From the NCBI GenBank assembly GCA_021786375.1, contig JAJYNL010000084.1, forward strand, positions 2,022-66,021: a stretch of DNA of 64,000 nt, read 5' to 3'. The stretch's first letter is position 1, and every line of letters starts with the position of its first letter. The notes beneath the pieces were generated by a model. That model was not told the DNA's origin and did no database searches. It saw only the letters and a list, made by a program, of their open reading frames with translations. Origin of the DNA: Actinomycetes bacterium. Its GTDB lineage: Bacteria; Actinomycetota; Acidimicrobiia; Acidimicrobiales; Acidimicrobiaceae. The position numbers and the translations under genes are program-made. This document shows, in pieces, positions 27,335-35,331 of the stretch.

Positions 27335-30300
27335 TTGGCAAAGCGGATTCGAGTTTATGAACTCGCCAAAGAGCTGGGGTTGTCGAACAAGGGTGCAGTC
27401 GATCTGTGCAACGACATGGGTATTGGCATCAAGAGCCACTCGTCCAGCATCGAGGATGCCCAGGCGGATCGCGTCCGGCGCAAGATAGTGCGCGACGGCA
27501 TCGGCAAGTACGAGCCTGCCGATGGGCGTGCGCACGGACACGCCGACGAGGCTCCCGCCCCCAAGGCCGAGGCACCCGCTGCGGAGGTCACCCCGGTGGA
27601 GCGCACGCCGGAGCACCAGCCCCGCCCTGCCGAGCGTCCTGCTGCCCCTGCAGCTGAGAGGCGTCCCGCTCCTGCGCCGAGCACCGATGGCCGCCCGGCC
27701 GTCGCAGGTGGAGAGCGCCGCCCCTCGGGCGGAGGTCCCGCTGGTCATGTCCGGCCCGCCGCGCCCAGAGTTGTCCGTTCCTCTGAAACCCACGCGGCCA
27801 GGCCGACCGCTCCCGAACCGGGGGCAGAGCCACCGCGTCAAGCGCCTGCGGCCGAGAGTGCCCCCAGCCTCGACGAGGAGGCTCTCAAGCGTGGCCAGGG
27901 AGGTGCCCCCAATCGTCCGCGAGTCCCCTTGTCTCTTTCCGGCAAGCCGATCCCGCCGCCGCCGGGTATGACCAACCCGCGGGTGCAGGGTGGCGGCCCC
28001 ACGGCGGGCGGACGTCCCGGCTATGCACCCCGCCAGGGTGGCTTTGGCGACCGCCAGCCCCGCCAGGGTGGTTACGGCGACCGCCAGGGCGGTCAGGGTG
28101 GCTTTGGCGACCGCCAGCCCCGCCAGGGTGGTTACGGCGACCGCCAGGGCGGTCAGGGTTATGCGCCCCGCCAGGGAGGAGCGCCTTCGTCGGATCGACC
28201 AGGGAGACCTGGCTTTGGTGACCGCCAGCCCCGCCAGGGTGGTTACGGCGACCGCCAGCCCGGCCAGGGTTACGCGCCCCGCCAAGGAGGCGCGCCCGGC
28301 CAAGGAGGCTATGCGCCCCGCCAAGGAGGCGCGCCCGGCCAAGGAGGCTATGCGCCCCGCCAAGGAGGCTTTTCGCCGCGCGGCGCGGGCCAAGGCGGAG
28401 CACCCGGGACAGGAGGACCACGTAGTGGTGCGCCCTTTGGCGCCCGCGGGACCGGTGCCGGTGCCGGTGCCGGTGGCCGTGCCCCTGTTCCTCCTGCTGG
28501 AGGTTTTGCCGGCAGAGGTGCTCCCGGTGGAGGGCGTGGCCGTTCGCCACAGCGTCCCGCCAAGAGGCGCTCGCGCAAGAACATGGAAGAGCTGGAGCCG
28601 ACGCAAGTCACCTCCTACGTACCCTCCAATGCGCCGGTGCCCGATTACGAGGTGATCATCGAGCGTGGCTCCTCCGCCCAGGAGGTCGGCCCCAAGCTGA
28701 ACCGCTCGGCGGGTGACATCGTGCGCTTCCTGCTTCTTCAGGGTGAGCCCGTCACCGCGACCCAGACGCTTTCCGACGAGGCGATCGAGCTTTTCGCCGC
28801 CGAGTTGGGGGCCAAGGTCAAGCTGGTCGATCCCGGCCAGCAGCAGGAGGCGGAACTCTACGCCAAGCATTTCGCCGATGACGACAAGGTCGACGAGGAG
28901 GACATGGAGCCGCGCGCTCCGGTCGTGACCGTCATGGGCCATGTCGACCACGGCAAGACCAAGCTTCTCGACCGCATCCGCGAGACCAACGTCGTCGCGA
29001 AGGAGGCGGGCGGGATCACCCAGCACATCGGCGCCTACCGTGCGGCGGTGGGGGACCGCTTTGTGACCTTCATCGACACTCCCGGTCACGAGGCCTTCAC
29101 AGCCATGCGCGCACGTGGGGCCCAGGTGACCGACATCGTGGTTCTCGTAGTGGCTGCTGATGACGGCGTCATGCCCCAGACGATCGAGGCCATCAACCAC
29201 GCCAAGGCGGCGGGCGCGCCGATCGTGGTGGCGATCAACAAGATCGACCGCCCAGACGCGGATCCCAACCGGGTCATGCAGCAGCTTTCCGAGCTTGGCC
29301 TGGTTCCCGAGGCCTGGGGTGGCGACACGATCATGGTCCAGGTTTCTGCTCTCCAGAACCTCGGTGTTGACGACCTGCTGGAGCACCTGGCCATCCTGGC
29401 CGACATTATGGAGCTCAAGTCGACTCGCCATGGCCATGCCAAGGGCGCCGTGCTCGAGGCGAACCTCGACCCGGGCCGTGGCCCTGTGGCCACCGTTCTG
29501 GTTCAGAGGGGCACCCTGAGGGTTGGTTCGATTCTCATTGCCGGGCCCGCCTTCGGCCGCGTCAAGGCTCTGATAGACGAGGCCGGCAAGAACGTGACCA
29601 GCGCGGAACCATCGACCCCGGTACAGGTACTGGGCTTCTCGGAGGTTCCTAGCGCGGGTGACGAGTTCCGCGAAGTGGCCGATCTTTCCGTAGCGCGCCA
29701 GATCGGCGGCTTGCGCGAGCAGCGCATCCGGCTTGCCGGACTGAGCGCTCAGGCGGGTGCCGCCCCCGGGGCGAAGCTCGAGGACATCTTCGAGCAGATC
29801 AAGCGTGGCGAGGTCGCGACGCTAAATGTCATTGTCAAGGCCGACGTCCAGGGCTCCCTGGAAGCGGTGACCGAGAGTTTGCGCAAGCTGGAGCGCCCCG
29901 AGGTGAAGCTCTCCATCATCCATCGCGCGGTGGGCGGCATCACCGAATACGACGTCTCGCTGGGTGCCGCCTCCAAAGCGCTGATCATCGGCTTCAACGT
30001 GCGGCCGGACCGTCGTGCGCGCGAAGCCGGCGAGGCTCAGCACGTGGAGATCCGCACCTACGAGATCATCTACAAGATGCTCGAGGACATCGAGGCTGCC
30101 ATGGTCGGCATCCTGGAGCCCGAGTACGAAGAGGTGGTTACGGGCGAGGCCGAGGTCAGGGAGATCTTCCGCGTTCCTCGCGTCGGTGCCGTGGCCGGCT
30201 GCTACGTGCAGAGCGGTACCATCACGCGCGGCTCCAAGGTTCGCTTCCTGCGCGACGGCGTGATCATCTGGAAGGGTTCCATCTCCTCGCTGCGCCGTTT

Positions 30301-30424
30301 CAAGGAAGATGTTCGCGAGGTGCAATCCGGCTTCGAGTGCGGTATCGGCCTTTCGGACTTCCAGGATCTTCACTCCGGAGACATCATCGAGACCTTCGAG
30401 GAGCGGGAGATTCCCCGGAGCTGA
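27335..30424 (+). CDS. infB: translation initiation factor IF-2
   Basis: The N-terminus is [16 protein letters not shown]. The G domain has [20 protein letters not shown] and NKID. The start is TTG. A long Gly/Arg/Gln/Pro repeat region lies in the N-terminal third. Confidence 0.97.
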   Translation: MAKRIRVYELAKELGLSNKGAVDLCNDMGIGIKSHSSSIEDAQADRVRRKIVRDGIGKYEPADGRAHGHADEAPAPKAEAPAAEVTPVERTPEHQPRPAERPAAPAAERRPAPAPSTDGRPAVAGGERRPSGGGPAGHVRPAAPRVVRSSETHAARPTAPEPGAEPPRQAPAAESAPSLDEEALKRGQGGAPNRPRVPLSLSGKPIPPPPGMTNPRVQGGGPTAGGRPGYAPRQGGFGDRQPRQGGYGDRQGGQGGFGDRQPRQGGYGDRQGGQGYAPRQGGAPSSDRPGRPGFGDRQPRQGGYGDRQPGQGYAPRQGGAPGQGGYAPRQGGAPGQGGYAPRQGGFSPRGAGQGGAPGTGGPRSGAPFGARGTGAGAGAGGRAPVPPAGGFAGRGAPGGGRGRSPQRPAKRRSRKNMEELEPTQVTSYVPSNAPVPDYEVIIERGSSAQEVGPKLNRSAGDIVRFLLLQGEPVTATQTLSDEAIELFAAELGAKVKLVDPGQQQEAELYAKHFADDDKVDEEDMEPRAPVVTVMGHVDHGKTKLLDRIRETNVVAKEAGGITQHIGAYRAAVGDRFVTFIDTPGHEAFTAMRARGAQVTDIVVLVVAADDGVMPQTIEAINHAKAAGAPIVVAINKIDRPDADPNRVMQQLSELGLVPEAWGGDTIMVQVSALQNLGVDDLLEHLAILADIMELKSTRHGHAKGAVLEANLDPGRGPVATVLVQRGTLRVGSILIAGPAFGRVKALIDEAGKNVTSAEPSTPVQVLGFSEVPSAGDEFREVADLSVARQIGGLREQRIRLAGLSAQAGAAPGAKLEDIFEQIKRGEVATLNVIVKADVQGSLEAVTESLRKLERPEVKLSIIHRAVGGITEYDVSLGAASKALIIGFNVRPDRRAREAGEAQHVEIRTYEIIYKMLEDIEAAMVGILEPEYEEVVTGEAEVREIFRVPRVGAVAGCYVQSGTITRGSKVRFLRDGVIIWKGSISSLRRFKEDVREVQSGFECGIGLSDFQDLHSGDIIETFEEREIPRS
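28034..28159 (+). repeat. 60-bp in-frame tandem repeat, 2.1 identical copies (a third near-identical copy lies at 28211-28258)
   Basis: Positions 28034-28099 are identical to 28094-28159. The repeat encodes [20 protein letters not shown]. Confidence 0.9.
28274..28370 (+). repeat. 39-bp in-frame tandem repeat, 2.5 identical copies
   Basis: The unit gcgccccgccaaggaggcgcgcccggccaaggaggctat repeats without mismatch. It encodes [13 protein letters not shown]. Confidence 0.9.
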
Positions 30425-30453
30425 TCCGGACTCCCGCACTCGCAAATACAACC

Positions 30454-30831
30454 ATGCAGAAGCAATCCTTTGGGCATCCGTCGTACCCCCGCACCGAGCG
30501 AGTCTCGGCGGCGGTGCAGAGAGTCTTGGCTCGTACCATCGAGCGCCTTTACGAGCCCCCGAAGGCCGAGGACGTGGCCACCGTTACTGCGGTAGCCGTC
30601 GATCCGGACCTTCGACATGCCCGTGTCTACCTAGATCACATGTCGGAGACGCTGGAGCGCTGGCTGGAGGAGAACCGCGGCCGCCTCCAGGGTGAGATCG
30701 GGCGCCAGGTGCGCATGAAGCGCACTCCTCAGCTCGAATTCATCAGCGATCCGGCAATCCTTGCCGGCACGAGGATCGAGGCCATCATCCGCTCCCTCCA
30801 TGACGAGGAGAGCGAAGCCGGACAGGACTGA
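30454..30831 (+). CDS. rbfA: ribosome-binding factor A
   Basis: RTERVSAAVQRVLARTIE...VTAVAVDPDLRHARVYL...MKRTPQLEFISD matches RbfA. Confidence 0.9.
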   Translation: MQKQSFGHPSYPRTERVSAAVQRVLARTIERLYEPPKAEDVATVTAVAVDPDLRHARVYLDHMSETLERWLEENRGRLQGEIGRQVRMKRTPQLEFISDPAILAGTRIEAIIRSLHDEESEAGQD

Positions 30832-30835
30832 GCCG

Positions 30836-31750
30836 ATGGCCGACTCGGGTGTCTTCGGTTTTGCCGTGCTGGACAAGCCCGCCGGGTTGACCTCGAACGC
30901 GGCGCTTTCGCGCGTCCGCCGCATCCTCGGCACTAAACGTGCCGGCCACACCGGCACCCTCGACCCCTTCGCCACCGGCGTGCTGGTGATTGCGGTTGGG
31001 CGCGCCACCAGGTTGATTCCATTGATCACCGGCGATCGCAAGCGCTACAGTGCCGTCCTATCCCTTGGCCTTTCCACCGATACCCTGGACTCGACGGGTG
31101 AGGCGGTGGCCGCCAAGCCCGTGCCTCCCTTCGGATCCGAGCAGCTGTCCACGACCGCAGAAGCGCTTTCCGGCAGGCATTTGCAGCGGCCACCGGTTTA
31201 TTCGGCCAAGAAGATCGGCGGCGTGCGCGCTCACGACCTCGCACGGCGTGGGAAGGCACCGGAGCTGGCTCCGGTCGAGGTGGAGATCTATGAGCTTGCA
31301 ATTTCCCGGGTCGCCACCGATGCGGCGAAGCTGGCGATAGAGGTCGAATGTTCGAGGGGAACCTACGTGCGCTCGCTGGGCGAGGCAATAGCGGAGAGCC
31401 TGGGCACCGTCGGGCATCTCAGTGAGCTTCGGCGCACCTACTCCGACGGTTTCGAGATCGGAGAGGCGGTGGCGTTGGAGGATTTCTCCGCGGCGAGTCT
31501 GCTTCCGTTGGAACGCGTGCTGCAAGGTTTCGCCCTCGGCTTCATCGACGGCTCCGTTTTGGACGCAGCCCGTCACGGGCACCCCGTCGAGGCTGCACCG
31601 GCCGGCCTGGGGGACGCCGATGAGGGCTCGCTGGTGGCCCTGTTCGCAGGGCCGCCGTGCGAGCGCAAAGCTCTGGGCAGGCGGGAGCCGGTCGGCGTCT
31701 ACCGCATGCGCTCGGGCCGGCTGGTGGCGGAGATGGTGCTGGCCGGCTGA
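30836..31750 (+). CDS. truB: tRNA pseudouridine(55) synthase
   Basis: GFAVLDKPAGLTSNAAL...KRAGHTGTLDPFATGVLVIAVG and PPVYSAKKIGG are present. Confidence 0.93.
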   Translation: MADSGVFGFAVLDKPAGLTSNAALSRVRRILGTKRAGHTGTLDPFATGVLVIAVGRATRLIPLITGDRKRYSAVLSLGLSTDTLDSTGEAVAAKPVPPFGSEQLSTTAEALSGRHLQRPPVYSAKKIGGVRAHDLARRGKAPELAPVEVEIYELAISRVATDAAKLAIEVECSRGTYVRSLGEAIAESLGTVGHLSELRRTYSDGFEIGEAVALEDFSAASLLPLERVLQGFALGFIDGSVLDAARHGHPVEAAPAGLGDADEGSLVALFAGPPCERKALGRREPVGVYRMRSGRLVAEMVLAG

Positions 31751-31831
31751 GCCGGCTTCGCTCCCGCGACGACGCTGCCGTTAGGATCTAGCGGTGAAAA
31801 GACAAGACCGGAACAGGGAATTCGAGGGTAG

Positions 31832-32812
31832 ATGAAGGTAATCACGCCGGCCAGGCAACTCCCGATCTCCGCCTCGGCGCTCACCATCGGAACCTTCGAC
31901 GGCGTTCACAAGGGGCATCGCCATCTTCTGAGCCGCGCTATCGAGTTCGGCGCCTCAATGGGCATACCGTCGGTGGCCGTGACCTTCCATCCCCATCCGG
32001 CCTCCATCCTGCGGCCGGAAAGCGCCCCGAAGCTCATCAACTCCTTCGAAGAGCGCCTTTCGCTGCTTGAGGAAGCCGGAGTGGACTTCTGCTACCTGGT
32101 CGAGTTCGATCAGGCTCGCGCGAATGAGTCCGCCGAGGACTTCGTGCGCTCGACCCTCGTCGAGGAGCTGGGAGCCAAGGCGGTGGTGGTGGGGCCGGAT
32201 TTTCGATTCGGTCACCGCCGCGGCGGCGATGTCGAACTCCTGCGGGTCCTTGGAGCCAGCCTCGGCTTTGTGGTCGAGGCCGACCCGTTCGTTATGGCGG
32301 ATGCAAAGCAGGCGGCGCGGGTGCGCGAGGCACTTGGGCGCGACGACGATGTCACCGAGGTGGTCATTTCCTCCACGCTCATCCGCAGCCTGATCGCACG
32401 AGGCGAAGTGGAACTGGGCAACGAGCTCCTGGGCCGGGACTTCTTCATCACCGGGCTGGTGAATTCGGGTGACGGCAGAGGCGGAGTCGAACTCGGCTTC
32501 CCGACTGCCAACGTCGCATACTCCCCGTCGAGGTTGCTTCCTGCTGACGGCGTCTATGGGGGATGGGTCCGCTTTGGGCTAACCAAGGCCGCTGCGGCGA
32601 TCTCGGTGGGCACCAGGCCCACCTACTACCCCCAGGGCGGGGACCGGCTGATCGAGGCCTTCGTGCTGGACTTTGCCGGCGACCTCTACGGGCGGGAGAT
32701 TTCCGTCGGTTTCCAACGCTTCCTGAGGGTGCAAGAGGCCTTTTCCTCGAGCAGCGAGCTGCTCGAGCAGATTGAGCGGGATGTCGAGACGGTCAGGCGG
32801 CAATGGCGGTAG
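31832..32812 (+). CDS. ribF: bifunctional riboflavin kinase / FMN adenylyltransferase
   Basis: LTIGTFDGVHKGHRHLL is present. The C-terminal kinase part contains GRGGVELGFPTANV. Confidence 0.93.
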   Translation: MKVITPARQLPISASALTIGTFDGVHKGHRHLLSRAIEFGASMGIPSVAVTFHPHPASILRPESAPKLINSFEERLSLLEEAGVDFCYLVEFDQARANESAEDFVRSTLVEELGAKAVVVGPDFRFGHRRGGDVELLRVLGASLGFVVEADPFVMADAKQAARVREALGRDDDVTEVVISSTLIRSLIARGEVELGNELLGRDFFITGLVNSGDGRGGVELGFPTANVAYSPSRLLPADGVYGGWVRFGLTKAAAAISVGTRPTYYPQGGDRLIEAFVLDFAGDLYGREISVGFQRFLRVQEAFSSSSELLEQIERDVETVRRQWR

Positions 32813-32890
32813 CAGAATGCCAGGCGGGCTCTAAGATATACCCTTCGTATCGGCTAGTGCGCCTCCAGGACGCGACGCTTAAGGTTGGAA

Positions 32891-33148
32891 ATGGTTGACA
32901 AGAAGGCGATAATCGCAGAGTACGGTAAGAACGAGAGCGACACCGGCTCCCCTGAGGTGCAGGTTGCGCTGCTCAGCGCCCGCATCTCCAACCTGACCGA
33001 GCACCTGCGCATGCACAAAGGCGACCACCATACGCGTCGCGGGCTCATGATGCTCATCGGCCAGCGCCGCCGGCTCTTGGACTACCTGCGCGCCCAGGAT
33101 GTTGAGCGCTATCGTAACCTCATCGCGCGTCTCGGGATCCGTCGCTAA
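32891..33148 (+). CDS. rpsO: 30S ribosomal protein S15
   Basis: [49 protein letters not shown] matches S15. The ATG has an AAGG SD; the TTG at 32885 is an alternative. Confidence 0.95.
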   Translation: MVDKKAIIAEYGKNESDTGSPEVQVALLSARISNLTEHLRMHKGDHHTRRGLMMLIGQRRRLLDYLRAQDVERYRNLIARLGIRR

Positions 33149-33167
33149 GGACCCCTCAAACCAAGCG

Positions 33168-33200
33168 AACCCGGGCAAAAAGGCCCGGGTTCTTGCTTTT
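33168..33200 (+). terminator. rho-independent terminator after rpsO
   Basis: The stem AACCCGGGC-aaaaag-GCCCGGGTT is followed by CTTGCTTTT, 20 nt after the rpsO stop. Confidence 0.7.
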
Positions 33201-33317
33201 ATGCGTGAAATCTTCGCGAAATGGCGCACCAGTGGTCCTCACGAGCCCATAAGTGACTTTCCGGGTGATAATTTCAGGCGCGGCGGTCCTGGGGAGGTCG
33301 CCGGGAAGGAACTAACT

Positions 33318-34958
33318 ATGACGACAGAAGTGGGGAGTCAAACCGGCCTAAAGAAAGAGATGTCGCGCCTCGACCTGACAATGGCGGGTCTGGGCGCGAT
33401 CATCGGGTCCGGCTGGCTCTTCGGCGTGCTGTACGCCGCAAATGACGCAGGGCCGGCGGCCATTGTCGCCTGGCTGATCGGCGGCGTTGCGGTGGCTCTG
33501 ATCGGCCTGGTCTATGCCGAGCTCTCCGGAATGATACCCGAGGCTGGAGGCATAGCCCGTTACCCGCACTTCACGCACGGGTCGTTGACCGGCTTCATGA
33601 TGGGCTGGGCGGCGTTCATCGCATACGCCACGGTCCCGGCTATCGAAGCCGAGGCGGTAATTCAGTACGCTGAGCATTACATCCCGAGCTTCGCCAACAG
33701 CAGCCTTACCCGCTTCGTGGCGGAGGCGATCCTGTTGGTTATCTTCTTCTTGATCAACTACTACGGGGTCAAGGCCTTTGCCAAGACCAACACCGTGGTG
33801 ACTTCGATCAAGTTCATCATGCCGACGCTGACCGTGCTGGTGTTCCTGTTCGTGGCGCCGCACTGGAGCAACCTCCACTATCACGCGGCCTCGCCGTCCA
33901 TCCCAGGAGGCTTTGCCCCGTTTGGACTCACGGGGATCTTGAAGGCGGTGGCGCTCTCAGGAGTCGTTTTCGCCTTCCTTGGCTTCCGCCAGGCGGTTGA
34001 TCTGGCAGGTGAGGCGCGTAATCCGCAGCGCGATGCGCCGCGGGCAATCATGACCGCGATCGGAATCGCGATCGTGCTCTACGCTCTCCTCCAGGTTGTC
34101 TTCATCATCGGCGTGCCGACCTCGGATCTGACCAAGGGTTGGGCGGCGCTCAGCTTTAGCGGGCCGTTCGCGCAGGTGGCGAGCGCGCTCGGGCTGGGAT
34201 GGCTGGCGACGCTCCTCTATGCGGACGCGGTGCTTTCACCGGCGGGCACGGGCAATGTCTATCTTGCCTCCACCGCGCGCGTTGTCTACGCCCTTGCCAA
34301 CAACCACTACCTGCATCCGGTGTTCAGGAAGCTGAACCCGCGCTCGGCGGTGCCGTTGCTCGGCTTGGTGGCCACCCTGGTGGTGGGAATCCTCGCGCTG
34401 TTGCCTTTCCCGACCTGGCAGAGCCTGGTGGGAGTGATTTCGGCGGCGACGGTGTTCACCTATATGATCGGACCGATCTCGGCCTCGGTCTTGAGGCGGA
34501 CCCACGACGATGCGCATCGGCCATTCCGCCTGGGAGGCATTTCGGTGATCTCGCCGCTTGCCTTCGTGATGGGAACGCTGATCATCTACTGGACCGGCTG
34601 GAACATCGACTGGAAGCTGGTGGTGGCCATCCTGGCCGGCAGCATCATCTACGCGATCGTTGCCTCCCGGCCGGGCACGAGCCTGGACCGGGTTGACGGG
34701 GCCGCCTTCAAGAGCGCGGCCTGGCTGTTGCTCTACCTGGTCTTCCTGCTGGCTATGACCTACTTCGGATCGTCCGCTTTCGGGGCGCCTTACAACCATG
34801 GGAAGGGCTTGATCGAGTATCCCCTCGACCTGGTCGTCGTTGTCGTTGCGGCGCTCATCTTCTACTGGGCCGGTGTCGCTTCCGGGCGGAGCACGGATGC
34901 GGGCGACGCGGCGGTCGCCCAGGCCGCTGTGAATCGGTTGGCGACCGAAGGCGAGTAA
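33318..34958 (+). CDS. APC-superfamily amino acid permease
   Basis: LTMAGLGAIIGSGWLFG is the amino-acid-permease signature region. AELSGMIPEAGGIARY and about 12-14 TM segments are present. I chose the internal ATG at 33318 because the upstream part of the ORF overlaps rpsO and its terminator. Confidence 0.88.
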   Translation: MTTEVGSQTGLKKEMSRLDLTMAGLGAIIGSGWLFGVLYAANDAGPAAIVAWLIGGVAVALIGLVYAELSGMIPEAGGIARYPHFTHGSLTGFMMGWAAFIAYATVPAIEAEAVIQYAEHYIPSFANSSLTRFVAEAILLVIFFLINYYGVKAFAKTNTVVTSIKFIMPTLTVLVFLFVAPHWSNLHYHAASPSIPGGFAPFGLTGILKAVALSGVVFAFLGFRQAVDLAGEARNPQRDAPRAIMTAIGIAIVLYALLQVVFIIGVPTSDLTKGWAALSFSGPFAQVASALGLGWLATLLYADAVLSPAGTGNVYLASTARVVYALANNHYLHPVFRKLNPRSAVPLLGLVATLVVGILALLPFPTWQSLVGVISAATVFTYMIGPISASVLRRTHDDAHRPFRLGGISVISPLAFVMGTLIIYWTGWNIDWKLVVAILAGSIIYAIVASRPGTSLDRVDGAAFKSAAWLLLYLVFLLAMTYFGSSAFGAPYNHGKGLIEYPLDLVVVVVAALIFYWAGVASGRSTDAGDAAVAQAAVNRLATEGE

Positions 34959-35008
34959 TTCATCCTCAGGGCGGATCGGCGCCAGAGCGATCCATCCTGT
35001 TCCTGCGG

Positions 35009-35054
35009 GGCCCGCGGGCTTGGTCAAATGGCCGGCCGCGGGCCTTGCCCATTT
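35009..35054 (+). terminator. candidate terminator after the permease
   Basis: The stem GGCCCGCGG...CCGCGGGCC (9 bp, 18-nt loop) is followed by TTGCCCATTT. The U-tract is weak. Confidence 0.35.
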
Positions 35055-35171
35055 CAGGCAGGCGAGCCGACGGGCCCACCTTGACGTATTCGGCGGCTAA
35101 GCTGGCACGGAACGTACCGTTCGCCATGTGGCGTGGCTTTCCGCTTTGTGTGAAGTCGCACCGTTTTGCTT

Positions 35172-35231
35172 CTGCAGCTGCCAGTTGAGCATGCCTAGGG
35201 CTTCCGAGACATGCTCAACTGGGAACTGCAG
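35172..35231 (+). promoter_or_regulatory. long pnp-leader stem-loop (candidate RNase III / autoregulatory site)
   Basis: CTGCAG-ctg-CCAGTTGAGCATG-(16-nt loop)-CATGCTCAACTGG-gaa-CTGCAG has a 13-bp perfect inner stem and a 6-bp outer stem. It ends 100 nt upstream of the pnp ATG. Confidence 0.5.
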
Positions 35232-35331
35232 GGAAGGCCGAATCAGGCCATGCCGCAGGCGTGGGGGCGTTAAACAGCCCTGTTCAAGCGCCCGGTCTCA
35301 GTGGTCGGGGCGCACGTCAACCTGAGGAACA

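Noticed and set aside
26880-28370. Regularly spaced short repeats considered as a possible CRISPR array or minisatellite element
   Set aside because: The repeats are contiguous tandem units without spacers. Their lengths are multiples of 3, they are in frame inside nusA and infB, and no cas genes are present.
27128-29437. 769-aa ORF antisense to infB with striking SLAGR/LAGLAV repeats
   Set aside because: The repeats are just the reverse-complement reading of the IF-2 Gly/Arg/Gln tandem repeats. The IF-2 frame has unambiguous GTPase motifs, so this is a shadow ORF.
33201-33317. 118-nt leader of the APC permease considered as a riboswitch (c-di-AMP ydaO-type or glycine)
   Set aside because: I could not recognise the conserved cores of either class by eye, and the leader is short for ydaO. 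It needs an Infernal scan and is not reported as a feature.
35128-35325. 65-aa Cys-rich ORF in the pnp leader
   Set aside because: It overlaps the long hairpin and has no SD. The cysteines come from TGC/CAG palindromic sequence, so the region is more parsimoniously an RNA structure.
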